A stretch of 64,000 nt of DNA from Octopus vulgaris (GCA_951406725.2 OX597815.1:141422001-141486000), one strand, 5' to 3'; positions 13,836-26,000 are shown, counted from the stretch's first letter. A program made the numbers and translations. Notes: a model not told the origin generated them from the sequence alone.

Positions 13836-14313
13836 CATTTCTGTATCCCCTGCTTATGCATAAAGACATAGACTTAAAAAAAAAATCCATCTATAAACTC
13901 CATTCTGTCAACACCTCAAATGTAAGCTTCTTCCCTGAAGACGGAGGGTGGAATTATCTGATGATGGATTCAATTTACAATCATTATTTTGGACCACCAA
14001 ACCCCAGAAAAACTATCGGACTGTTATTCAACCTCTTCAATTTCTGATATCAGTTTTATTCTGTCGGAACTATTTATATATAAAAATAAGTACATCTTTT
14101 GTTTAAAATATATTTAATATCTTTTGTATATCGATTTGCCCAACTTATTTGTCCTTACATTAATTCTTCTACCTGCTCAAGTTTAAATCTCTTGCGCACT
14201 ACGAAGTGTATTCTATACAGAGAATATTGGTCTCTAATATATTTATCTACCTATCTATTTATCTATCTACCCCCCTCTCTCCCTCTCTCACTCTCTCTGT
14301 CCCTCTCTTTCTC

Positions 14314-14345
<32 letters not shown>

Positions 14346-14348
<3 letters not shown>

Positions 14349-15615
14349 AGTCATCACATAAGTTCTATCCGAATTTAGAAAAAAGAAAACATATGATCAA
14401 ATGTTATATTTAATTGAAATTTAATCATCAATCTACTTTCTCTGATTATCTATGACTTCCTTCCATCTATTTACAAGCTTTTTAAACCCATCAATGTAAA
14501 ACACTTTTGGTTTCGAAGCGAAGAACTCTGAAATGTTAGTTTCGACATCCTCCTGACTTGCGAAAGTTATCTCCGCCAAATGATTCTGTAAACTACGAAA
14601 CAAATGGTAGTCTGCAGGATCAAAGTCGGGAGAATAAGATGGATGAGGAATTTTTTTCCCAACTAAGCTCTTCGATCGTCTGTGATGTGATCTTTGCAGT
14701 GTGGGGTCGCACATTGTCCTGGTGAGGTGTTACTCCTTTTCGATTCACTAAAGCGGGTCTTTTTTTTCAAAGCTTGGTTCAAACGCTCTAATTGTTGTCA
14801 GTAGACTTGAGTATTGATTGTTGCATTAGGTCGTAACAGTTCAAAGTGAATTACTCCTTTGCAATCTCACCAGACAGGAAGAACATTTCTTCCCATGAAG
14901 TTCCCTTCTCGGTTGTGGTTGAGCCTGTTCCCTTTTACCAAGCTACTGTTTACGACGTTTAACATTTCGATAGAAGATCCACTTCTCGTCATCTGTCACA
15001 AGTCTAATCAAAAAAGGGTGAAATGAGTTCGCGAGAATGAAGAGAAGAGCAAATGTCAACTCGGGATTTGCTGTTGATTTCGGAAAATTCTTGAGGCACA
15101 CATTTTTCAAGTTTAGAAACCTTTCCAAGTTGTTGAAGATGAAAATGAACCGTTGTATGGCTTGAACTAAGCTTTATTGCCAACACTTTGACTGATAATG
15201 CAGGATTTTCTTCAAGTAATGCCTCAAACTCAATGGCCGTCCTGTTCGATCTTCATTTTCAAGGCTGAAATCTCCACTTCTGAATTTTACAAACCACCTT
15301 GTGCAAGATTTTACCTACAAGCATTCTTTCCCATAAACTGAGTATATGTCTCGAGTTGCTTCGGCTGCAGAGTTTCCTTTTTTTGTACTCATAAAGCATT
15401 ATGTGGCTCAAATAGTTTTTGGATACTTCCATGTTAGAAAGGGTTTTAATCAAAGTAATGCTAATTCTGTTTCCTGTAAAATGATATTTGATTAATTTAA
15501 ATGTACACAAATGCTTAAAAATGATTTTTAATTCCATTAGACATTCTAAAATACTATTAAATTTCATTCAATTTTAAAAAAGGGAAAATTGGACAGAACT
15601 TATGGGATGACCTGA
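14346..15615 (-). mobile_element. Full-length (1270 bp) defective mariner element (DD34D type)
   Basis: TIRs tcaagtcatcacataagttctatcc / ggacagaacttatgggatgacctga each flanked by TA; ATG at 15432 (MEVSKNYLSHIMLYEYKK), LVTDDEKWIFY, HPSYSPDFDPADYHLFRSL, stop 14433; multiple frameshifts. Confidence 0.95.
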
Positions 15616-15631
15616 TACATACATACATACA

Positions 15632-15662
<31 letters not shown>

Positions 15663-15797
15663 CTCTATACACTCATATACCCAACTACATATAGATACAC
15701 CTATCTATAGACACCCCGAGCGCATACACTCTAATCCTATCCCGTACACAACCACGTCTGTTCTCTTAGGCACTTATATATATATATATATATATAT

Positions 15798-16255
15798 ATT
15801 GGGTCATACTATAAATAATGTGGTTTCTTTACACCTATTTTATTTTTCAAAATTAAGATACACAATTCTGTTCCTTCTGTCCTGTACAATTGCAAAGCTC
15901 CTCTTACAAAATTCACTTACCGTGACGAAAAATATTTCTCTAGTACTGTTCTGAATTCATACATTTTCCTCTCTAAATAAGTTTCAAGACTGCGTAATAA
16001 ATGATAATCAGATAGGGTAGTACCTGGCGAATATGGTGGGTGGGGAATCGTTTCTCATTCAACCTGCTCCAGCTTTTGAAATGTCATCCTCCCTGCATGT
16101 GACAGAGCCTTATCCTGACGAAAAGATACCTTTTGTCTTGAAACAAAAGACGGACGGTTTTCTTCTTTAGGTGACTTAAGCCACTCAAGCTGCACGCAGT
16201 AGATCTCCTTTGTTATCCTTTCGTTTGAGTTCAAAAGTTCAAAGCTAGATAATAC
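15798..16255 (-). mobile_element. mariner 3' half with one TIR
   Basis: Minus: FRQDKA..HA, PHPPYSPGTTLSDYHLLRSL; TIR-like ttgggtcatactataaataatg next to (TA)n. Confidence 0.8.
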
Positions 16256-17010
16256 ATTTTCAGAGCAAAACAGCAGCATGTATTTTTCCTTGGCAAGTCT
16301 ACTACCAATCTCCTTGAGATTTCTGGATTTTGATACTTTAAAACCTTTGAGTAATTTAGTTAATTGTCATAAATCGGTCATGCTGTCTGAAATTACTGTG
16401 GCTAAAGCATACATTTTCAAAGAAAATATGATGACTCTGCTGCAGAATTTTGGATCTTTACGTATCCTACAGGATGCCCTTCCAAATGTTTATTGTATAG
16501 TGCAGAATTAGCATTTGGGTGTAGCACAGCCACATGCGAGTAATTGTTTTCAACGATAACTCGAATTATGACTCTCTTCCGACGAAATAAGGAAGCACCG
16601 GTGAAAATCAAGCCTCGTGATATTTGCTTCTCTTTGCAAAAACAAATCAGCTTCACTTGCTGATGGTGAAAGATTTTGCTAAATCTATTGTTAAACACCC
16701 AACTCAATTTCGGTGGGAAATAATAGTTTTTCCTTGTTCTGTACTAAAACTATTCTCATATCCTAAGAGGGGATCTATTCGACAGAAATCAAAGGAGAGT
16801 GGGATAGGTTTGAATATCGGAAATCCCCACACACAAATTTGGAGTTATTTATTTTCCTGTTTATTTTCTTTATCATGTGCTCTAAACTAATCTCGTCTCC
16901 TAATATACAGCAAAGGGATATACATATATGATTTAATAAACCTTGGTGCAAATTCACTGGGAACTAAACTTGTTCCTAATTAGGCCCCGCACCTCTTAAG
17001 TTTGGACCTG
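16256..17010 (-). mobile_element. Possible DNA-transposon fragment, unclassified
   Basis: Ends in ..tttggacctg|TA (ta-CAGGTCC terminus on minus strand) with decayed coding-like sequence; no diagnostic motif. Confidence 0.25.
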
Positions 17011-17032
17011 TATATATGTTTGTTTGTATACA

Positions 17033-17211
17033 CGAGAATAAGATGAAAACATCCTGGATTAGGGTTACAGAAAATACAAGATGATCAGTTGATTATGATT
17101 TTATTCAACATATTCTACTCTTAGATTCACACACTTATTGCAAAAGTTCTTCAGTTTGTCTAAGCCCTGTAAAAAATGCACTTAAATCCAGGAACTGTTC
17201 AATACCCCTCG
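17033..17211. mobile_element. mariner-derived MITE (~180 bp)
   Basis: Imperfect TIRs cgagaataagatgaaaacatcctggatt / aatccaggaactgttcaatacccctcg|TA; interior encodes transposase end GLDKLKNFCNKCVNLRVEYVE* on minus. Confidence 0.75.
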
Positions 17212-17235
17212 TATATATATAGCTCGATAGCACGA

Positions 17236-17294
17236 CAGATAGATAGATAGATAGATAGACAGACATACAGACAGACAGATAGATAAATAGATAG

Positions 17295-17356
<62 letters not shown>

Positions 17357-17372
17357 ACAGATAGATAGATAT
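17236..17372. repeat. (GATA)/(GACA)n microsatellite
   Basis: Direct inspection. Confidence 0.95.
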
Positions 17373-17389
17373 GTATACATATATATATA

Positions 17390-18189
17390 TGGGTTATCCA
17401 AAAGTAACCAAGTGTTTCTTCTCTGCGACAAACCCGTTGTAATTTAGGCTTTAACCGCTAAAAGCCACTTGATGCCCCCCTCGGGGATCAGTCTACCAAC
17501 CGGTGAATCACGCTGAAGTCGTACCGCCATGTGGTGAATCATTGTTTTGCAGGGCCCTCCCCTCCCACCTGTTCGTCAATTTATGCGGTGGCTGAAACAA
17601 AGAAACTGATTGCATGAAATTCTGTTTTCTTCTGACGAAAAACGGCAGCCGAAACAGTTGTCATGCTTCAGACAGCTTACAGGGACGCTGCCGTGAGCAA
17701 AAAATGTTTAAGTGTGATTTCCAGCCTTTAGGAATTATCACTTTTCGCTTGAAGACCAACCCCGTTAAAAACGACTGTCGATTTCCAGAATGAAAACATC
17801 ATGAAAATTCATGAAATGATTTTGTAGGACCGTCACCGACCAATTGACAAATTGTTTGATATTACTGGTGTGTTCTGGAACTCCTTCCAACGACTTTACT
17901 TGCTCGCGGAATATATAAAAGCAGTCACGACTGAATGCATGTTGTGAATTGAAAGAACAGTTGGAATTTGATCCGGGATTGTTCGAAGGTCATCACTGGT
18001 GATGAATGAAAGCTGGTGATACGGAATTTGTAGATGTAGAATAGGGGAAGAAAACAATGACGGAGGCGTTAAAAGTCATCACGCCTCTGGAACAGTGTAT
18101 TGCTTCAAATGGAGAATACTTGGAATAAGATAGACCAAACAAGTAAAACTAAGTGAATAAAATAACATTGCAAAATTCCGGTTTCTTTT

Positions 18190-18192
<3 letters not shown>
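17390..18192 (+). mobile_element. Internally deleted mariner element (~800 bp)
   Basis: CMKFCFLL..KTAAETVVMLQTAYRDAA, KVITGDE, terminal QCIASNGEYLE*; TIR-like ccaaaagtaacc / ggtttcttttgg beside (TA)n. Confidence 0.85.
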
Positions 18193-18239
<47 letters not shown>

Positions 18240-18242
<3 letters not shown>

Positions 18243-18878
18243 AAAAAATGAAGTTCGAAAATGCTGCTGTATTATACAATTTTTAATTTTTATATATACA
18301 TTATAACATGTTTCAGTTCCTGAAATGAACCTTATCAAAAAAAGTTATATATAAAAAGAGACAGCTCATGCCGTCAAACACAAGAAATTCATTTATAATA
18401 CACAACGGAGTCAGACATCTTAGAGTTCATGTATAGTTGATATATAGTTCATGTATAGTTGATATATAGTTTGAAGTATATGTTCAAAGTGTTCGATGCA
18501 GTGGCCCACGGTGGCGATACGTATTCAATACAAAAAACAGATCAAAGTGGTGGAAAGCGGTCAATACAGAAGATTGATGTTTCCGAAAGAGCGAGGAATT
18601 CATTTTTACCTTAAGCAATTGTGATGACCCATGGTGGAAGTTCGCTGGGTGGTTCTAGGGATTTTTTGTGAAATGCTTGGTTTTATAATGCCTGTTAGAT
18701 GGTCAATCTAGCGTAGCATGACGTCATCAATGTTTTGACCAATCGTTTCGTTAGGTGGCTTTAATCAAGTGGAACGGGACGTCATCATTATTTTGACCAA
18801 TCGCTGCATTATAACACCCTCTTGTTTGTTTCCTGTCTTGACCAGTCGCTTCGTTAGTCAAGCATAGCGGGATGTCAT

Positions 18879-18880
<2 letters not shown>
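18240..18880 (-). mobile_element. Possible Penelope-like terminal remnant
   Basis: Minus ..ISCV*RH resembles the PLE ORF end, followed by degenerate hammerhead-like tgataa-ggttc..gaact-gaaac; bounded by (TA)n. Confidence 0.35.
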
Positions 18881-18919
<39 letters not shown>

Positions 18920-18923
<4 letters not shown>

Positions 18924-19259
18924 AGGCGCATGGCTCAGTGGTTAGAGCGTCGAGCTTACGATCGTGAGGTTGTGAGCTCGAATCCCGGACCGGGCTGCGT
19001 GTTGTGTTCTCGAGCAAGGCACTTTATTTCACGTTGCTCCAGTTCACTCAGCTGTAGAAATGAGTTGCGACGTCACAGGTGCCAAGCTGTATCGACCTTT
19101 GTCTTTCCCTTGGATAACACTGGTGGCGTGGAGAGGGGAGGCTGGTATGCATGGGCGACTGCTGGCCTTCCATAAACAACCTTGCCCGGACTTGTGTCTA
19201 GGAGGGTAACTTTCTAGGTGCAATCCCATGGTCATTCATGACCGAAGGGGGTCTTTACC

Positions 19260-19264
<5 letters not shown>
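18920..19264 (+). mobile_element. tRNA-derived CORE-like SINE, head B / tail X
   Basis: A box tggctcagtgg, B box gctcgaatcc, CORE-like gagcaaggcactttatttcacgttgctccag; inserted in (TA)n. Confidence 0.9.
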
Positions 19265-19298
<34 letters not shown>

Positions 19299-20364
19299 GG
19301 AAGAGCATGTACGTACAGCAGTTTTATCCATATTCAATTTCTATATTAATGCTGTGGTCACACTCTGAAAGTGATTATGAAATTTCCTCTTATGCTTCTA
19401 GATGTTGCTACAAATACTCTACTTACGACAATAAAGAAAATAATCCTCCTAATTTATTCTGTAGAGTTGCTGAACAATATATCAAGATGCCAACACAAAG
19501 ATCTTGGTAATATAACAATTTTATTTCCCACAGCAAACAATGTATATTATCGCACATCTCTGACAACATAACGAGTGGATATGCAGCTCACCTTCGACCA
19601 GTGCTGGTAATTAGACTCACTTTAATACGGTTAGAACTTGTATGCATAACGGTGTGGTAAATGCAATTCAATACTTCTATACTATTGACACTAATCTGAA
19701 AAATTGATTCTGCTCACGTTGATACAGACTTATCAGCATTAATAACGTGTAATAAGCCAAAGACTAATGTCTAAATTTCTACATATTGAAATGTGTTATA
19801 AGTTGACTATTATATTCCTTTGACACAATGCACTTTTATAGCAGAGGGTTATGTCACAGTATCAAAACATTCGAAGGTCTGAAAGTCTTTGAAACGTTAT
19901 GACCGGCCTACAGAAGCTAACATTTCTAATGTTTGAAATTAAACCAGCTAATAATAGTAAATACAATTCGTTATTGTTTTATACTTTGTCCAGTTATTCG
20001 AAATATTACTTATAATGTACGTTACATTTAATATAAATTCGAGTTTTACATTCATTTTCTAAAATCTCTCAAATTTGTGAAGGCTGGGCATTATAGGTTT
20101 CAAATATGCAACTTATTTGAAGTGTGATTTGATATGTGACTGCTGAAAATATAAGAGTAGTGGCTCACGTTGAACTTTTATAAGCATAACAGACGTTTAC
20201 AGCCGACTTAGGTATCTAGTACTTTTGTTTCATTTTCGAATGCAGTGCTCGCGAAAATCATTGTGTATACACTATGTTATAGCTTTATTATGAAACATAA
20301 ACAATACGGGCACGCAATTAATAATCTACTAAACGGAGTAGTAAATAATGTTTGTGTATTATAT

Positions 20365-20533
20365 AGACGTACTAACCCCAAGTTTCCAAGTTCGATTCCA
20401 GGCAGTGACATGAATAATAATGATAATAATAATAATAACATCGAACAACAAGAACAAGAATAATGACAATAACAATAACAATAATAATAATAATAATAAT
20501 GATGATGATGATGATGATGATAATAATAACATC

Positions 20534-20566
<33 letters not shown>

Positions 20567-20617
20567 AATAACAATGACAATAACAATAACAATAATAATA
20601 ATAATAATAATGATGAT
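20365..20617 (+). repeat. tRNA-like B-box fragment followed by compound AAT/GAT/AAC microsatellite
   Basis: gttcgattcc at ~20390 then trinucleotide tracts 20413-20617. Confidence 0.6.
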
Positions 20618-20624
20618 TAGAATT

Positions 20625-20899
20625 TGAATGGCATTTTGTCTTTCGTAGATAATAAAATTTCCCCGAGTCTGAGGTGCATGCTAATTAAGCAACACTCGTA
20701 GTGGATTTTCTATACATATCTGAATTTAGACGATGTATTCAGTCCAAACACAATAGAAAATGAAGATCTAAACTAAGTCGTTTCATGTATGATACTAAAA
20801 TTAGATACGATTATGAATGGCATTTTGTCTTTCGTTGATAAAAAAATTCCTCGAGTCTGAGGTGCATCGTTAATTAAGCAATACTCGCAGTGGATTTTT
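20625..20899. repeat. ~85-bp direct repeat pair (20625-20709; 20814-20899)
   Basis: tgaatggcattttgtctttcg..cgagtctgaggtgcat..taattaagcaa..gtggatttt occurs twice. Confidence 0.9.
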
Positions 20900-21059
20900 T
20901 CTTAATCATAAAATCTACAAGTTGTTGCGGAAATTTCTCTTCCGTAGAACAAAACTATATTTATGCCAACTATCTGGAAAAGTTTTCATGGAGGATATAT
21001 ATTATGAATTTAAAATATTCAAAACAACTTCACTTCACTTTATTCCAAATGCAAAAGAG

Positions 21060-21860
21060 GTCTCAATATTTGTAAACAATCATATATATATATGAATTTT
21101 TTGCTTTATGAGATAAAAAAAACAAGGCTGTATAGATATTAGAGCATTTATAGATAGGTTTTGCAGCTGTTTCTAGAACATTAATTAATAATAATATCCC
21201 TTCATCGGAGACGGTGTGAGAGGAAAAGTTGTCATAGTTAGTTTCGACGTGATATAAATAGAGAGTGAGGTGGAGGAAAGAAAATAGATGTACGATATGT
21301 ATGGTTATTGAGTTCATAAATCCGTTTTATAGGCATAAAGTTATATATGTGTATTATTCCAATATCCTTTGAGTAAAATCCAAACATCCAACAGAGTTTA
21401 CTATGAGTCCATCCAAAAGTAAAGTTTATAAGTAATGTAAGATTCTCTTAAAATTGGTCATTCCCAGTAGAGAATTTATATAGAATGTAGCATATTCGAG
21501 CTTTGTGTTTAAACTGACCTAGAAATAGGGAGTGGATTAGTTTGGTCAAATTGAAAACAGGAAGAGAGGAATGACAAAGAAAAAAAGAGAGATAAAAGGA
21601 GGAGAGAAAGAAAGAATTAAAGAGAAAGAAAAACGAGAGAAAAGAGAGAAAAAAGATTAGCAAAAACAAAAATAAAGAATCAAATTCCTGAAGGTATAAA
21701 TAAAGAGAATAAGGAAAAGACAAAAAAAATTAGGATATATGTTGGTCAGCGGTCAGTGGAGGTAGTTTGAAAGTAGGAGTGGGGATAGAGAGAGAAAGGT
21801 ATCATAGTATAAATGATAGAGGAATGGGGGTGTTAAGAGGTAGAGGAAGTACTAAGTGTA
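21060..21860 (-). mobile_element. Probable Penelope-like terminal repeat remnant with hammerhead-like motif
   Basis: Minus ccgatga-a-gggatatta..taatgttct-a-gaaacagctg at 21163-21208; pyrimidine-rich upstream tract. Confidence 0.4.
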
Positions 21861-22082
21861 GTAGTAGCTTTTAATTGTGAGGCAAATATATGAAGAATTA
21901 AGTATAAAGGAAATGGCAGTGTTAATTATTCTGAGAAAATATTTACGTGAAGATGTATATAGATATATATTATGATCATTTTCATCTTTAGAAAACTCAT
22001 TTAACCTAAATGCTGCCCACGTTAACATTATTGATATTGCTAATATAGTACTTAAGATCATCAACTTCTAATATTAGTTATA

Positions 22083-22472
22083 AATTTTGGCTCAAGATCT
22101 GAAATCTCAGGTGAGTGAACCAGTCGATTACATCGACTCCAATGCTCAACTGGTCCTTATTTTATCCACCTCAGAGGTTGAAAGGTAAAGTAGAGTCCGG
22201 TGTCACTTAAGCTCCGAACGTAACGACGGGCGAAACATTTTGCCTTGCGTGCTAACGTTTCTGCAGCTTTCCACCTTACCTGGTCTAATACTGATGTTAA
22301 GTTTTGGTACAAAGCCAGCAAGTTCGAAGGAGGGATGAGTCGATGTAAACGACTTCAAGGCGTAGGATGAAAGGCAACATCGACAACGCCGATATTTGAA
22401 CTCAGAACGTAAAGACGAAATGCTGCTAAGCATTTTGCCCGGCTTGCTAACGACTCTACCATCTCGCCGCTT
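22083..22472 (-). mobile_element. Two tandem SINE family M copies (22083-22280; 22295-22472)
   Basis: Both carry gtcgat(t/g)ta..atgaaagg..gaac(tcag)aacgtaa..cattttgcc..gctaacg. Confidence 0.75.
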
Positions 22473-22934
22473 TGCACTGTTCTGATCTTAATTTATCATA
22501 GGAATGTTAGTTGGCAGTGACTAATAGAGTTGCGCAAAGATAGACCGAACCTAGACTGCGACCTTTGACGTGGTGCCAACAAAAATAAATGTATAGAGAA
22601 ATTTCCTGCAGCCTGCAACAAATATTAATAAACTGAAATATGTTTAACATGTAAAAGGATATAGCTCATACCTATTGTGTGTATTGCAATAAATGTTGTA
22701 CACAATATTGCTTTTATTATACCATTCATATAATTGGTATTTTGCAGTTGTAAAATCATTTTAACCTTGTTGATTTCATAATTATCTATCTCACTTTTTA
22801 CATTTCACAAATCTCACTGAGCTAAGCAATGTTCGTTTAAAACAAGTGTGTTCAGTGAAAAGTTTTTTGGAACCGCAACACAAAATATACTAAAATAATA
22901 CTAAACATTATTTATTACCTGTAATTCATTAATT

Positions 22935-22937
22935 ATA

Positions 22938-23003
<66 letters not shown>
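22935..23003. repeat. (ATT)n microsatellite
   Basis: Direct inspection. Confidence 0.95.
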
Positions 23004-23769
23004 TGATATGCAAAGAAGTATTAATAAAATACATTGATAATTAAATCAAGCTTGCTTCAGCGAATAAAACCAAATGTACTTCTAAAAATAACACATTAAG
23101 TATTTCTTTTATTGTCTTGTGTTTGCATTCCAAAGGTTTTGTTTTAATGTGATAATTACTTTTGGAATACATATAAAATGGTTCTGAAATCATTCATTAA
23201 CATGATTGCAGTACAATTGATTATTTTCGATAGCAAAACATAAAAGAATATAATTGTAAATTTTGAAATGAACTGCATTAGGTACTTAACGGAAATAGAA
23301 TAATTAACAAAAAAGACAATAAATAAAGCAAAAATCACAACGAAACAGTCACAATATATAGATTGCACAAGAAATATTATTATTTCCGAGTGCTTTAAAA
23401 TGTATTCAAATACGTTTTGTCTCTTTTTCATTTACATTTATTTTTTAGAAATGACGTACAGGGTAGCGTCTGATCAATAATAAGCTTTGTCTGAAAAAGA
23501 AGTGTGCATAACAGATGCATCCTAAATATCTTCAGTTCGCACACACATACAAACACGAACATGACTTCTCACGCCACTCTTGTCTATGTATGTATTCTAT
23601 ATAATTGTCATTTAAGCGACAGTTTGTGAACGAAAAGACTGAGCAATCCGTCTTTCCATTTACTTTTCGTTTCTATTATGTTTTTTATTTCGTTGTTTTT
23701 TCTCATATGAGCGTATGTGTGTGTGAGTCTCTCCGTCTATAAATATATGTGCATATATATGTATGTATT

Positions 23770-23846
<77 letters not shown>

Positions 23847-23847
23847 A

Positions 23848-24031
23848 GTCACCATGATAGATCGTTAGCCACTACACACATTTTTTCTCTCCTTGTTTTT
23901 TCTGCGTCTCTTTCTGTAGAAGGGAGTAGGCTCGAAACGTAAATGACGTTTTCTATTCCTGAGTGTTATACTAATACATCTGTTTGTTTTGTCACCTGTC
24001 TTCGTCTTTTGTTTTTTTCGTAAACTCTACC

Positions 24032-24035
<4 letters not shown>
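23848..24035 (+). mobile_element. Short interspersed repeat, probably Penelope-related, with degenerate hammerhead-like core
   Basis: ctgtagaagggagtaggctcgaaacgt at 23914-23940; bounded by (TA)n; adjacent to a PLE. Confidence 0.4.
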
Positions 24036-24071
<36 letters not shown>

Positions 24072-24189
24072 ATCTAGGTTGCAAGATCATATGTTAAATA
24101 CAAGTTATTCAAATATGGGTCCTCAAGTTCATGTGTATGAGGAGTTGTGGGCGCCATGTATATATCAAGTTATGTACGGTCTGGATTGT

Positions 24190-25290
24190 AATATCTGAAT
24201 ATGTGTTTAGCCGCGAGTAGGCATCTGAGTAATTGTTCACTGAAATATTTATAATGCGCTCCTTTGTTAAGATTATGGATAATGCTTCCTCGGAGCATAA
24301 TTGTCATTTGCGGGATATAGTGTTATAGGGACTCGCATGTCTATGCACGGATCATGTAAGGTCGTATTCTGTCTTTGCTCCCTTAAGCCTCGAGATAAAA
24401 TCGGCCAGTGATGTTACATGTCAGTTAAGGATATTTCGAAATCTGGCGATGTGGTTGCGGTATCGACTTTTGAAAAAATCAGCTGATGCTGCGATATACA
24501 CGTAGGGACCTCCTCTAGTGTTTATAGTGCATTTGTATTCTTAGTAATACATTGGTTATCCAAGGGGCAACTGGAGCTATCTCTGAATGAGCATATCAGT
24601 TTGATTTTCTTAGCTTGCATACATCGAGCACTGGAAGGATTGGTTCTGTTCAGTATTTTGGTTTTCAATATTATCGTTTTATTATCACTAGACGAATTTT
24701 TGCTGGTGTTGTTATTTGGATGGTTATCATGGATATTTTAATTATTGCTCTGCTGGTTGGTAGTATAATTCGAGTTATAAACGTTGTCCTTATGTTGGTC
24801 ATATGAGTTATGGTTAATGTCAAGAAGCTTATTTTGAGTGCTGACTAATCTTTACCTCAGTTTACGGGTGTTAATCCTATGAATATAATGTGCTCTAAGT
24901 TTGATGCATAATATACCTTTATTGTGTGATGGTTGTATACTTTGCGGTACACACCATTTTTAGGGAAGCAGCGATCAAGGGCGGTGAAAAATTGTTTCGC
25001 GATCTTTGATGAGATGTTGAGGTTTCAGATTGAGCTATACCAAAGGACGTCATGGTTTTTTATGTTTTCGGTTAGGTCTGTCTGTTTGGGTGCTTGGAAT
25101 AGCAATCGGATTTTATTGCGATAGCTGTTTAATTTGTTGTCTATTGCAAGTTTTCTTTAACTCATGGTTGATTCTAAGGTGTTTGGGTTTGGTTAGACTT
25201 ATCTTAGGGTTTCGAATTCTAATATCTGAGTTTTTTATATTGTTTATATAGTTATTGCTGTTTGGTAAGGTTGTTATAATGAATCGTATT
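24190..25290 (-). mobile_element. Penelope-like element remnant (linker + GIY-YIG endonuclease)
   Basis: Minus: SKIAKQFFTALDRCFPKNGVYRKVYNHHTIKV; CSFRDSSSCPLDNQCIT; YKCTINTRGGPYVYIA..FKSRYRNH; TSLADFI..ASPYNTISRK*QLCSEE. Confidence 0.85.
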
Positions 25291-25599
25291 ATTACTAGTT
25301 GACTTATCTATATATGTGTGTATATGTGTGTGTACGTATGTATAAATATGTGTGTGTATAAGCATATGAGCTGTTTCAGCTTAGTTATAGCAATACTAAT
25401 GATTAGCTGGTAGGAATTTATACTGATTTTGTTATTTATTACCATAAACCAACTGGTCAGCACATAGCGTAGTATCACATGTGTGTATGTATGTCAAAGT
25501 GAGATGCAGATACTTTAAACATAATCATTCAAATTGTCGTCTAGTAAATAATTCACAACAGTCTCCAACGGACGTCCGTGGTAATTACACTTGCAAAAA

Positions 25600-26000
25600 T
25601 AATAAAAAAAGAAAAAGAAACCCCCGTTATGCCACTTGATATTTGAATCAACTGGCATTTTGCCTCTTGCTTTGAAAGACTCCGACAATTATGTGGGAGT
25701 TAATATAAGTTCAGTTTTGTCATGTCTTTTTCTTCATTATTGGTTTTGTTCGGTCGACGATATGGCCAATCGTCCACCGTTTTGGTGGTATTAGTATAAA
25801 AATTTAACTCTTTCCAAAATAAAATATTTAGATTTGGTAGATTCCCAAATATATTTCTTTTGCAAGATTAATGTAGTGCATCGTTTTTGCTAATAGTCCC
25901 CTCATCAAAACTACCGTGCGTGTTTTATTGTCTTTTTTTTCTATATAAGTTATATGACTCAGTGAATTCATGCACCAGTAACACATGAGACACCATCTAG
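25600..26000 (-). mobile_element. Possible piggyBac transposase relic
   Basis: Minus YIEKKDNKTRTVVLM..KTMH and KFYTNTTKTVDDWP loosely echo piggyBac YVPKKNK.V.LLSTMH / FYNxTKGGVD / RRWP. Confidence 0.3.

Noticed and set aside
18920-18995. Apparent tRNA genes at SINE heads (also 39731, 46943, 51353, 60071)
   Set aside because: A/B boxes present but no complete cloverleaf, and each continues into a SINE body
20625-20899. CRISPR-like repeat-spacer pattern (also the Helitron internal repeats)
   Set aside because: Only 2-3 diverged, long units; eukaryotic context; no cas genes
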